A stretch of DNA of 32,000 bases, taken from Planctomycetales bacterium. GTDB lineage: Bacteria > 4484-113 > JAFGCY01. A model generated the notes under the pieces. That model saw nothing but the letters and a program-made list of their open reading frames with translations. It was not told where the DNA came from and did no database searches. The translations under genes were made by a program, and so were the position numbers. Positions 23,576-31,966 of the stretch are shown piece by piece. The stretch lies in the NCBI GenBank assembly GCA_022646745.1, contig CP060262.1:1470001-1502000 (forward strand). Reading direction: 5' to 3'. How positions within the stretch are numbered: position 1 is the first letter of the stretch; every line of letters begins with the position of its first letter.

Positions 23576-24612
23576 GGACCCTGCTCGCCAGCCTGATCCT
23601 GATCGCCTGCCTGAACGGTGGCAGGGCGCTGGCTGCCAACAGCACACCAGACCCCAACCGGCTGGTGGGCTGCTACATCTCGATGGGCTGCTGGAACCTG
23701 CTGCAGGTGAATGAACAGTTCAGCGAGCTGTCCGACAGCGGTGTCAATTTCGTGATTGACTACGCGCTGCAGTGGCCGGAAGGCCCGGCTGACCGTGACA
23801 ACTTCGATGCCTACATGGCGATTGCCAGGCGCGAGGGGATCAGCATCGGCTACAGCCTGTTCAATGCCCTCGAAGGTGCCACCCCGCGCACATCCTCCGT
23901 GCAGGTTGCCAGGGCGCTGGCCGAGGTGGAGGCCCTGCGCAACGAGGAGCAGATCGGGGCCTGGTACGTGCATGATGAGATCCTGCCGATGCTCAGCGGG
24001 GTGGACGGCACGGAGAAGTACAGCCTGTCGCTTGGGCAGATGCGCGACCTGTACCAGAGCATCCGCCGCATCGACCCCGACCGGCCGCAGATCTGCGTCT
24101 GGAACCAGCTCCCGGACCGCCATGAGATGAACCGGCGCTTTGACAGCCGCAACTATCCGCACGGCACCCCGGACTACCTGCAGCATGATGAGCAGTTCGA
24201 GCAGAGCATGCGCAGCATGATCCGCGACTGCTGCGACTGGGTGATGGTGGACTGCTACCCCGTCGGTGCCCACTGGCTGGATGATGGCCACAGCATCGAG
24301 GCGATCAGCTACGAGGTGGACGCACTTGTCCGCCGTGCCAATGAGCTGCGCCGCCCCTCGCAGCCGCTGATCCTCGTGTTCCAGAGCTTCGACTGGCGGA
24401 TGTACGGCAAGGGCAGCAATTCAGCCAGCTTCCCGAGCCTGGAGCAGATGCGGGCGATGGTGCAGGCCGGCTTCAATGCCGGTGCTGACAACGTGCTGGC
24501 CTACTCCTGGTTTGACCTCGTGCGCAAGGTGGACGGGCGCAGCCCGGCGGGGCAGCAGCGCTGCCTGGCGGACCTCAAGCAGATCCTGGCGGAGCTCGGG
24601 TCACGCCACTGA
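23572..24612 (+). CDS. Secreted or lipid-anchored TIM-barrel glycoside-hydrolase-like protein (346 aa).
   Basis: ATG 23572 overlaps the deacetylase stop (ATGA). The signal peptide has a possible lipobox (LILIAC) or an ALA-AN cleavage site. The alternating beta/alpha pattern includes AWYVHDEI (an acid/base-like DE) and LILVFQSFDW. The family assignment is uncertain. Confidence 0.55.
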   Translation: MRTLLASLILIACLNGGRALAANSTPDPNRLVGCYISMGCWNLLQVNEQFSELSDSGVNFVIDYALQWPEGPADRDNFDAYMAIARREGISIGYSLFNALEGATPRTSSVQVARALAEVEALRNEEQIGAWYVHDEILPMLSGVDGTEKYSLSLGQMRDLYQSIRRIDPDRPQICVWNQLPDRHEMNRRFDSRNYPHGTPDYLQHDEQFEQSMRSMIRDCCDWVMVDCYPVGAHWLDDGHSIEAISYEVDALVRRANELRRPSQPLILVFQSFDWRMYGKGSNSASFPSLEQMRAMVQAGFNAGADNVLAYSWFDLVRKVDGRSPAGQQRCLADLKQILAELGSRH

Positions 24613-24621
24613 AGCTGCGGC

Positions 24622-24630
24622 TGTCATAAT
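24622..24630 (+). promoter_or_regulatory. Extended -10-like element TGtCATAAT upstream of the TPR-esterase gene.
   Basis: It lies 22 nt upstream of ATG 24653, with GGGGAG/GGAGG in between. Confidence 0.3.
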
Positions 24631-24652
24631 GCTCCATGGGGGAGTGGAGGAA

Positions 24653-25807
24653 ATGAAGATGATCCACCGGATTGCCATGCTGGCGCTGCTTGCCGCCCTG
24701 CTGTCACTGTCAGAGGCGCATGCGCAGTGGGAATACCTGAGCCCGGACGAGATTGACCCGCTGGCCGGGGACGCGCTCACCGTTCTGGACAACGACCGGG
24801 CCAGTTATGTGCTGATGGGCCTGCAGTATGAGGACCAGGGCGAACTGGAACAGGCTGCGGCCTGCTACATCGCGGCCCTGCAGTCAGATGCCACGAACTT
24901 CGAGGTGCTGCTGCGCCTGGCGGGCTGCTATGGCCAGCTCGGGCGGGCCAGCCTGGCCTCTGATGCACTGCGCCTCGCCCAGCAGGCCGGCCTGCGCAAC
25001 ATCAGCGCCCGGATTGGTGACCCGCGTTTTGACAACGTCCGGGATGACTACAGCTTCCGGATGGCGGCTGATGTGCTGCGCGGCCGCGAGCTGCGCTACC
25101 GCGAACAGATGGGGGATACCATGCTGGTGCCGATGGGCAGCATGGGCAGCGTGCGCTACTTCCTGCCGGATGACTTTGACAGCGAACTGGAATATACCCT
25201 CGTGGTGATGCTGCACGGGGCAACGGGCACACCGGAGAACATCGCGGCCTGGCGGCAGCAGATGCCGCACAGGAACTTCATCATGGCGGCCCCGGCGGCG
25301 GCCTATCCGGTATTCAGCGACCACCAGGATTCCCGTATCTGGTGGCCTGGCGCCATCGGTGACGAGCTGCGCATGCAGTACCTCGAGCAGAATGCGGAAT
25401 ACGTCGGCAATGTGGTTGCCAGGATGCGGGAGGATTTCCGCATCGGCCCGGTGGTGCTGGCCGGCTTCAGCCAGGGCGGGATGCTGGCGAGCTACTGTGC
25501 CCTGACCCGCAGCGGGCAGTATGACGCGCTGGCCTGCTTCAGCACAACGCTTGCGGTGGATGACGAACTGCCGCGCCGTGAGCTGGACTTCCCGGTGTTC
25601 TCCGGCCATGGCCTGCGCGACAGCGCAGTGCTGCCGGCTGAAAGCGAGATGCTGGCTGACTTCCTCGAGGAACAGGGCTGCCCGTTGACCCGCTTCAGCT
25701 TTGATGGCGGCCATGAGATCAGCGTGCAGGAGCTGGAGGCTTTCTGTGACTGGCTGGATGCGCTTGGACCGGCCGGCGGGAACACCGCAGGCATGGGCAA
25801 TGTCTGA
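24653..25807 (+). CDS. Secreted TPR-repeat protein fused to an alpha/beta-hydrolase (carboxylesterase/phospholipase-type) domain.
   Basis: The signal peptide is IAMLALLAALLSLSEAHA. The TPR-like segment is LQYEDQGELEQAAACYIAALQSDATNFEVLLRLAGCYGQLG. Hydrolase motifs are VVMLHGATGTPEN, the nucleophile elbow GFSQGG, then GHGLRDS and DGGHEI. GGGGAG/GGAGG lies upstream. An alternative start is ATG 24659. Confidence 0.72.
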   Translation: MKMIHRIAMLALLAALLSLSEAHAQWEYLSPDEIDPLAGDALTVLDNDRASYVLMGLQYEDQGELEQAAACYIAALQSDATNFEVLLRLAGCYGQLGRASLASDALRLAQQAGLRNISARIGDPRFDNVRDDYSFRMAADVLRGRELRYREQMGDTMLVPMGSMGSVRYFLPDDFDSELEYTLVVMLHGATGTPENIAAWRQQMPHRNFIMAAPAAAYPVFSDHQDSRIWWPGAIGDELRMQYLEQNAEYVGNVVARMREDFRIGPVVLAGFSQGGMLASYCALTRSGQYDALACFSTTLAVDDELPRRELDFPVFSGHGLRDSAVLPAESEMLADFLEEQGCPLTRFSFDGGHEISVQELEAFCDWLDALGPAGGNTAGMGNV

Positions 25808-25853
25808 ATAGTGTCACGGAATTCCAGCGGATTCCGGGATAGAATCAAACAGG

Positions 25854-26315
25854 ATGCGAAGCCTCTACCTGATAGCTGCGATAGTCTCCACGGCATTCGT
25901 GCTGGTCAATGGACCGCGCCTGCCCTGGATTGACGCCGCCGACACAGTGGTGATCTTCAAGGGCTTCAACCACGGCATCATCGGCTTCAGCTACATGTGC
26001 AGCTGGGCACTCGTGCTCGGCGGGATCTACCAGCTGCTGCTGGGCGTGGTCTACTGGGACATGGATACGAGCGACCATGAACGCTGGCAGTTCACGCTGG
26101 AAAGCAGCGGCACCAGCCGCTTCCTCGCAATCGCCGGCGTCGTCTGCCTGATCCTGGGCGGGATGTGGCTGTACTTCACCTTCAGCAATGACTTCCACCG
26201 CTGGCCGGCCGGGGTGATGAGCAGCGTCGCTGCCATATTCACCTGCCTGCTGTACTGGATGGCCTTCCCGCTGATGGAGCAGGTGGGCATGGACCGCGAG
26301 GAGATCGGAGTCTAG
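25854..26315 (+). CDS. Hypothetical 4-TM membrane protein (153 aa).
   Basis: It has four hydrophobic segments and coding-type GC3 bias. A TAGAAT hexamer (25840-25845) lies 8 nt upstream of the ATG. I recognise no family motif. Confidence 0.6.
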   Translation: MRSLYLIAAIVSTAFVLVNGPRLPWIDAADTVVIFKGFNHGIIGFSYMCSWALVLGGIYQLLLGVVYWDMDTSDHERWQFTLESSGTSRFLAIAGVVCLILGGMWLYFTFSNDFHRWPAGVMSSVAAIFTCLLYWMAFPLMEQVGMDREEIGV

Positions 26316-26983
26316 GAAGCGAGGATCTCCTCCGCGCTGCTGGTGCCGATGATGTCCGCACCGGCCTCCACCATGCGAACCGCATCCTCCCGGCTGCGCA
26401 CACCGCCGCTGCATTTCACGAGCCTGTCCTCGCCCAGCTCCCGGCGGATCAGCTCCACATGCTCCAGCTTCGTGGCATCGCGGCCGTAGCCCGTGCTGGT
26501 CTTGACGCAGTCCACCGGTGCATCGCGCAGCACATGCACCACTTCAGTGATGCGGGCATCATCGAGGATCGGGGTTTCGATGATCACCTTCAGCATGCGT
26601 TGCTGGCGGCGGCAGAGTGTGCCGAGCTTTCCGGCCTCGGCAGCCAGCTTCGCCATGTTGCCATTCACGAGGGCGAACAGGTCCAGCACCACGTCGAACT
26701 CGTCGATGCCCTGCTCCATCAGCTCCTCGATGGCGAAGTACTTGCAGCTGGCGCTTTCCATACCGAGCGGGTAGGCCACCACCGTTGACACCCTGAGCTG
26801 CGGGTTGTGCTTCTTGACGGTGCCGGCCAGCAGCGGGGGGACACACAGGCTGCGCAGCTGGAGGTGGATTGCCAAATCAACCTGCGCACGCAGGGACTCC
26901 ACCGTGGCAGCGGGGTCAGCCTTGAGGAAGGCCTGGTCAAGCCGCGTGTGCAGCTGGGCATCGGCGGGCGGTCGCAGGAACAT
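26312..26983 (-). CDS. deoC: Deoxyribose-phosphate aldolase (DeoC family).
   Basis: Motifs: LKVIIET, CVKTSTGYG (Schiff-base Lys) and VKCSGGVRS. I place the start at ATG 26983, where the DeoC-like sequence begins. The longer track ORF, running to 27169, overlaps mscS. A TACAAT hexamer lies 6 nt upstream of this ATG. Confidence 0.82.
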   Translation of the reverse strand: MFLRPPADAQLHTRLDQAFLKADPAATVESLRAQVDLAIHLQLRSLCVPPLLAGTVKKHNPQLRVSTVVAYPLGMESASCKYFAIEELMEQGIDEFDVVLDLFALVNGNMAKLAAEAGKLGTLCRRQQRMLKVIIETPILDDARITEVVHVLRDAPVDCVKTSTGYGRDATKLEHVELIRRELGEDRLVKCSGGVRSREDAVRMVEAGADIIGTSSAEEILAS

Positions 26984-26989
26984 GTTGAC

Positions 26990-27032
26990 ATTGTAGTGCA
27001 GTCCGGATGCGGCATGCCGCCAGTTGTATAAT
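26990..27032. promoter_or_regulatory. Back-to-back -10 hexamers in the 55-bp deoC/mscS divergent gap: TACAAT (-, 26990-26995) and TATAAT (+, 27027-27032).
   Basis: Each hexamer lies exactly 6 nt upstream of its ATG (26983 and 27039). Neither gene has an SD. Confidence 0.45.
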
Positions 27033-27038
27033 GGCGCG

Positions 27039-28406
27039 ATGATGATCTGGCTGCAGCAGGACGCGGGCACGGATGGACAGGCAACGGAGGGCGGCGCCCC
27101 CAAAGGCAGGTCGCTCCTGCATGTGCTGGATGCGGAAAGCACGCGCACTGAGTCGCGGGAGAAAGCCAACGCCCTGATCGAGCGCGTGCTCAGCCCGCAG
27201 GTGCGCCAGGCCTATGACCAGCTCAACAGCCAGACGGTGTTCGGCCTGAATGCCTTCGGGCTGGTGGCCGCAATCTTCTTCCTGCTGCTGGCCTACCTGG
27301 TCAGCCGTGTGGTGCGCCTCGTGATGGACCGCTACCTGAAGCCATTCGTGGAGCAGACCACCACCAAGTATGACGACCAGGTCGTGCGCGCCCTGCGCCG
27401 CCAGGTCAGCACCTTCGTGATGATCTGGGGCCTGTTCCTGGCCTTCACATTCCTGGACCTGCCGGGCCGCGCGAACGGCATCATCTGGTCCATCCTGACA
27501 ACCTGGCTGATCATCAACATCGGCCTGATCCTGTACCGCGGGCTGGAGATCACGCTGAGCTGGCTCGGGCAGCTCCGGCGCGAGGACAGCAGCAGCGCGC
27601 TGGACAGCCAGTTCATCCCGATGATCCGCGATGCCGGCAAGGTGATCCTGATCACCCTCGTCGTGCTGACCTGCGTGCAGAGCTGGGGCGGCGACATCAC
27701 CGCCGTGCTGACCGGCGTCGGCATCGGCGGCCTGGCGCTGGCCTTCGCGGCGCAGGACACCGTTGCCAACGTGTTCGGCAGCTTCATGATCTTCATGGAC
27801 CGCCCCTTCAAGCGCGGTGACTGGATCGTGATGGCCGGGGTGGAGGGTGACGTGGAGGAAATCGGCATCCGCTCCACGCGCATCCGCTGCTTCGACAAGA
27901 CCGTTGTCAGCGTGCCGAACAAGATCGTCACCAACGAGAACATCCAGAACTTCAGCGCCCGTGACCAGCGGCGCATCAACATGGACATCGGCATCACCTA
28001 CGATTCCAGCCCGGACCAGGTGCGCGCCGCGGTGGCCGGCATCCGCCGGATCCTCAGCGAGCACCCGGACATCGACCAGTCCAGCTACATCGTGCGCTTC
28101 TCGGACTTCGGCGCCAGTGCGCTGAACATCCTCGTCTACTGCTTCACGAAGACCGCCGTCTGGAGCGACTACCTCGTGATCCGCGAGGACCTGAACCTGC
28201 GCATCATGGACCTGTTCGAGGAGATCGGGGTGGAATTCGCCTTCCCGAGCCAGAGCGTCTACCTGCACAACATGACGGATGGCAGATCCGGCAAACGGCT
28301 GGCGCCGGAAGGAAAGCGGGAGCGCAAGCATCCACTGCCATCCACTCCGCTTGAGAAGCGCAGCCGCGCCGAGAACGAGACGGGGATGGATGCCGGCGAA
28401 GGCTAG
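27039..28406 (+). CDS. Mechanosensitive ion channel, MscS family.
   Basis: The MscS core is VGIGGLALAFAAQDTVANVFGSFMIFMDRPFKRGDWIVMAGVEGDVEEIGIRSTRIRCFDKTVVSVPN, preceded by several TM helices. A perfect TATAAT (27027-27032) lies 6 nt upstream of ATG 27039. The track start TTG 27024 would place that hexamer inside the codons. Confidence 0.88.
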   Translation: MMIWLQQDAGTDGQATEGGAPKGRSLLHVLDAESTRTESREKANALIERVLSPQVRQAYDQLNSQTVFGLNAFGLVAAIFFLLLAYLVSRVVRLVMDRYLKPFVEQTTTKYDDQVVRALRRQVSTFVMIWGLFLAFTFLDLPGRANGIIWSILTTWLIINIGLILYRGLEITLSWLGQLRREDSSSALDSQFIPMIRDAGKVILITLVVLTCVQSWGGDITAVLTGVGIGGLALAFAAQDTVANVFGSFMIFMDRPFKRGDWIVMAGVEGDVEEIGIRSTRIRCFDKTVVSVPNKIVTNENIQNFSARDQRRINMDIGITYDSSPDQVRAAVAGIRRILSEHPDIDQSSYIVRFSDFGASALNILVYCFTKTAVWSDYLVIREDLNLRIMDLFEEIGVEFAFPSQSVYLHNMTDGRSGKRLAPEGKRERKHPLPSTPLEKRSRAENETGMDAGEG

Positions 28407-28421
28407 GCCGGCAGGCCGTTG

Positions 28422-29669
28422 TCAGCGGCTGCTGCGCAGGGCCTCGATCGGGTCGAGCCGCGAGGCCTGCCAGGCCGGGTAGTAGCCGAAGAACACGCCG
28501 GTGCCGACGGTCACCGCAAAGGCGATGAAGATGATCAGCGGCGAGATAACCGGGTCCGGCACCTGGGCATCCTCCGGCATGTTGGCAAGGATCTTCGCGC
28601 CCATCCAGGCGGCCCCGAGCCCGATCAGCCCGCCGCTGAAGCTGATCAGTACCGCTTCCGCAAGGAACTGGCGCAGGATGTCCTCGCGCTTGGCCCCGAG
28701 TGCCTTGCGCAGGCCGATCTCGGCGGTACGCTGGTGCACCGTGACGAGCATGATGTTCATCACGCCGACGCCGCCGATCAGCAGCGAGAGGAAGCCGATC
28801 ACCGCGAGGAACTGGCCGAAGCTGTCGGCGGTGGCCTCACGCTGGCTGCGCAGTTCCTCGGAGTACATCACGCGGATCGGCTTGTCCCACCAGCCGCGGA
28901 TCTCGCTCTCGTCGGGCTTCTCGATGCGCGGGTGGCGCAGGTACATCAGCTCCTCGATCTGCTGCGCCGCCAGTTTCACATGCTTGCTGCTAACGGCGCT
29001 GGCAACGATCTCGCCGAGCCCGCGCTGGTTGATGAAGGTGCGGTCGGTGAAGGTCAGGTAGGGCATGAAGGCCGTCGGTTCGGCGCGGCGGCCTTCCTCG
29101 TAGTCAATCGTGCCGACGATGCGGAAGCGCCGGCCGGCAATGTCAATGAACTGCCCGAGCGCCGGGGCGCCGAAGAACAGCTCCTTCTGCATCGTGGTGT
29201 TGATGATGCAGACGCGTTCGCGCAGCACGTTCTCCTCAGCGCCGAATGGTACGCCGGTGACCAGTTCCTCGCCGAGGATGTCGAAGTAGTCCGGGCCGAC
29301 ACCGAGCACCTCGACCTCCTCCAGCTCGTATGAGCCAAGGCGGACGGTCGTGCTCGTGTCAACGGAGGGCTCGGCGCGCGAGACGGCACCGCAGTCCTTC
29401 AGGATCGCATCCAGGTCGCCGGGTGTCAGGCGCTCACGCTCCGACATCCAGTTGCCACGGCCCCAGCGCCCGCGGATGTTGACGCGGATCTCATTGGCTC
29501 CCCAGTCCTCATAGCGTGCCAGCAGCTCAGCCTTCTGCCCGGCACCGTAGGCCAAGAGCAGCACCACTGTGCCGACCCCGACCACCACGCCAAGCACGGT
29601 CAGCAGGCTGCGGTTCCACCTCGCGGAGATGGACTTGACGCAGGCCAGCATGATCTCGATGGATGACAT
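28422..29669 (-). CDS. ABC-transporter permease, FtsX/MacB/LolCE type (N-terminal TM, periplasmic domain, C-terminal FtsX 3-TM module).
   Basis: The FtsX-domain signature is GGVGVMNIMLVTVHQRTAEIGLRKALGAKREDILRQFLAEA. The overall architecture matches its upstream paralog. There is no ATPase domain. Confidence 0.85.
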   Translation of the reverse strand: MSSIEIMLACVKSISARWNRSLLTVLGVVVGVGTVVLLLAYGAGQKAELLARYEDWGANEIRVNIRGRWGRGNWMSERERLTPGDLDAILKDCGAVSRAEPSVDTSTTVRLGSYELEEVEVLGVGPDYFDILGEELVTGVPFGAEENVLRERVCIINTTMQKELFFGAPALGQFIDIAGRRFRIVGTIDYEEGRRAEPTAFMPYLTFTDRTFINQRGLGEIVASAVSSKHVKLAAQQIEELMYLRHPRIEKPDESEIRGWWDKPIRVMYSEELRSQREATADSFGQFLAVIGFLSLLIGGVGVMNIMLVTVHQRTAEIGLRKALGAKREDILRQFLAEAVLISFSGGLIGLGAAWMGAKILANMPEDAQVPDPVISPLIIFIAFAVTVGTGVFFGYYPAWQASRLDPIEALRSSR

Positions 29670-29672
29670 GGC

Positions 29673-30890
29673 TTACTCGTAGGAGAGGGACTCGATCGGG
29701 TCCGTGGAGGATGCGAGCACGGCGGGCCAGGTGCCGGCTGCCAGTGCGATCACGAGTGAGACGAGGATCGCACCGACCATCAGGCTCTGGCTGAGCAGCG
29801 GGTCGGGTACGTTGGCATCGTCAGGCAGGGCCGCCATCTTGGCGCAGGCCACAATGGCAACACCGAGCCCGATCGCCCCGCCGCTGAGGCAGACGATCAG
29901 TGACTCGCTGAGGAACTGCCCGATGATCACAGGCCGGGTGGCGCCGAGCGCCTTGCGCAGGCCGATCTCCAGCGTGCGCTCCTCGACCGCGACGAGCATG
30001 ATGTTCATCACCCCGACCGCGCCGATCGTCAGGCACAGCAGGCCGATCACCAGCAGGAAGCGCGACATCGAGTTGGCAGCGGCGGTGCGGCGCTTCAGCC
30101 AGTCGTTGAACATCCAGATGTTGAGCGGGCTCCAGCGCTCGTTCTTGGCGAGCACGATCTCCGGGTGGCGGGCCTCGAGCACTTCCGTCACCCGGGTCTT
30201 CGCGAACTCAAGGTACTTCTCGTCCTTCACCTCGATGTCGATGTTTACCATCGGGTCCATCGTCGGGAACTCCACCAGTGCGGTGTAAGGCGGCACCAGC
30301 ACCTCGTCATTGCTGCCCCCGTGGCGGCCCTCGTCGCGGCGCGCCATCACGCCGATCACCTCGAAGGGCTTGCCCTGGATCAGCAGCTGCTGGCCGATCG
30401 GGTCGAGGTTCATGAACAGCTCATCCTTCACGTTGGCACCGATCACCACCTGCTGCTGCATCGAGAGGTTGTCATTCTGGCTGAAGTAGCGGCCGGATGA
30501 CAGCTCGAAGGTGCGCGCCTTGAAGTACTCGGGCTCCACGGCGGTCAGGGTCACGCCGCTCTTGGCGGCGCCATTGAGCTCCAGGTCGACATTGGCGAAG
30601 AACAGTGTGGCGGCGGCCACCTGCAGCACGGGGATCTCCCTGCGCAGTGCCGCGGCGTCGTCAATCGTCAGGCCGAGGCTTGTGTCGCGGTTCTCAAGTG
30701 ACACTGACATTGACTTGGTGCCAAAGCCGCTGAACTGGTCAAGCAGCTGCTTGGTGTTGCCGGCGCTGTAGGCGATCAAGGTCACGACGCAGCCCACGCC
30801 GACGGCGATGCCGAGTGTGGTGAGCATCGAGCGCAGCAGGTTGGCGCGCACGCCGCGCACTGCCATGCGTATGACTTCGAAGATGATCAT
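29673..30890 (-). CDS. ABC-transporter permease, FtsX/MacB/LolCE type, a paralog of the downstream gene.
   Basis: Motif: GAVGVMNIMLVAVEERTLEIGLRKALGATRPVIIGQFLSES. It has the same domain order as 28422..29669. Its stop lies 3 nt before the next start. Confidence 0.85.
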   Translation of the reverse strand: MIIFEVIRMAVRGVRANLLRSMLTTLGIAVGVGCVVTLIAYSAGNTKQLLDQFSGFGTKSMSVSLENRDTSLGLTIDDAAALRREIPVLQVAAATLFFANVDLELNGAAKSGVTLTAVEPEYFKARTFELSSGRYFSQNDNLSMQQQVVIGANVKDELFMNLDPIGQQLLIQGKPFEVIGVMARRDEGRHGGSNDEVLVPPYTALVEFPTMDPMVNIDIEVKDEKYLEFAKTRVTEVLEARHPEIVLAKNERWSPLNIWMFNDWLKRRTAAANSMSRFLLVIGLLCLTIGAVGVMNIMLVAVEERTLEIGLRKALGATRPVIIGQFLSESLIVCLSGGAIGLGVAIVACAKMAALPDDANVPDPLLSQSLMVGAILVSLVIALAAGTWPAVLASSTDPIESLSYE

Positions 30891-30999
30891 GCCTACCCAG
30901 ACCGGCCCGCCGGCAGGGGATCTGCGGTCCGTCCCTGCCTCTCATTAATGATATCCCAGTCGGGCCTGATTGTTTCAAAGCGCAGCGGGGGCCGCGAAA

Positions 31000-31734
31000 T
31001 CAGCGGGCCATGTCCAGCTGGTCCATTGTCCGCTCCAGCAATGCCTCCAGTTCAGCGGTCATCAGCTGCTGGCGCTTGATCTCCGGGAGCAGCAGAGCGC
31101 GCACTTCGCGTGCATTTGCGGAAGTACGGATGCTCAGGAGAAGTTTCTCCACATGCCGTGGCTGGGCCTCCTGTCGCAGCAGGCGGTACATCACGCTCAG
31201 GCGCACCCACTGGAACAGCTCATTGTCGTGCTCGTCGCGATAGAGCAGGAACTGCTCGTAGGCCCGTGAAATGGTTTCGATGTCATTGTGCCTGAAGGCG
31301 AAGTTCGAAGCGAAATACCATTGCTCCGTATGCATCTCATGGAAGTCCAGGTCTGAGAACAGGCAGCGGAACTCACTGATCTGCAGGGGCTCAAGCTTCA
31401 TGTTGTCCGCGATGATGCGCAACTGAAGGTAGTAACGGCGGCGGGTCAGGTCGCTTTCCGGGCCATGGGTCCGCCGCAGCAGCCTCTCCCGGGCAAGCGG
31501 GTACTCCAGCTCAGCCTTGCCCGCTTCGCGAAATGCCACATGTCGCAGGAATCCAAGGTATGACACCACCATGTCAATTGCGTCCGCCATGTCCCGGTCC
31601 ATCTCTTCAGCGGAGATGATCGCAAGCGCACGCGCATGCAATTCATTGAATCGATTCACATCAAGCTGGTTGAGGGCTTCCGCCATTGGATCCATCAGAT
31701 CCACATACCATTGGGCCCTGGAATAGCTAAGCAT
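31000..31734 (-). CDS. Hypothetical all-helical cytoplasmic protein (~244 aa).
   Basis: It is a long ORF with coding-type bias, no TM segments and no motif I recognise. The start is either ATG 31734 or TTG 31752, and neither has a clear SD. Confidence 0.55.
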   Translation of the reverse strand: MLSYSRAQWYVDLMDPMAEALNQLDVNRFNELHARALAIISAEEMDRDMADAIDMVVSYLGFLRHVAFREAGKAELEYPLARERLLRRTHGPESDLTRRRYYLQLRIIADNMKLEPLQISEFRCLFSDLDFHEMHTEQWYFASNFAFRHNDIETISRAYEQFLLYRDEHDNELFQWVRLSVMYRLLRQEAQPRHVEKLLLSIRTSANAREVRALLLPEIKRQQLMTAELEALLERTMDQLDMAR

Positions 31735-31903
31735 TTTCTTCAAGCCTGACAAGCAGGTCGCATCAGCACCACGGCATATTGCATGCCTGTTAGCGATAAA
31801 AGCTCCGAAGCGGAGTTACACGGTCCAATAGACCATACCAGCGCCGGGCAGATTACATTCTCAATATGAGGATTAATTCCCGGTTTGCAGAAAGGCAAAA
31901 ATT

Positions 31904-31966
31904 AAATGTTGGAAAAATCAACATTTGGAATGCGTGTAATTACGCATTAGGTTTCATCCCTAGAAT
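31904..31966 (+). promoter_or_regulatory. Two adjacent inverted repeats, AAATGTTG-N7-CAACATTT (31904-31926) and AATGCGT-N6-ACGCATT (31929-31948), followed by TAGAAT (31961-31966), in an AT-rich intergenic region.
   Basis: Read directly from the sequence. The region 31753-32000 is much more AT-rich than the rest of the window and contains no supported ORF. Confidence 0.4.

Noticed and set aside
16850-24291. Large antisense ORFs inside the EPS locus: 16850..17695 (+), 19488..20696 (-), 20699..21841 (-), 22817..23647 (-) and 23401..24291 (-).
   Set aside because: Each lies opposite a gene with signal peptides, catalytic motifs or coherent TM topology. Their translations are H/Q/R/E/A/V-rich shadows without SDs. 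This is a high-GC frame artefact.
24884-29333. Antisense ORFs 24884..25714 (-), 25845..26414 (-), 26937..28331 (-, 464 aa) and 28419..29333 (+, 304 aa).
   Set aside because: They oppose the TPR-esterase, the membrane protein and deoC, mscS, and the FtsX permease, all of which have diagnostic motifs. The shadow translations have no motifs and a biased composition.
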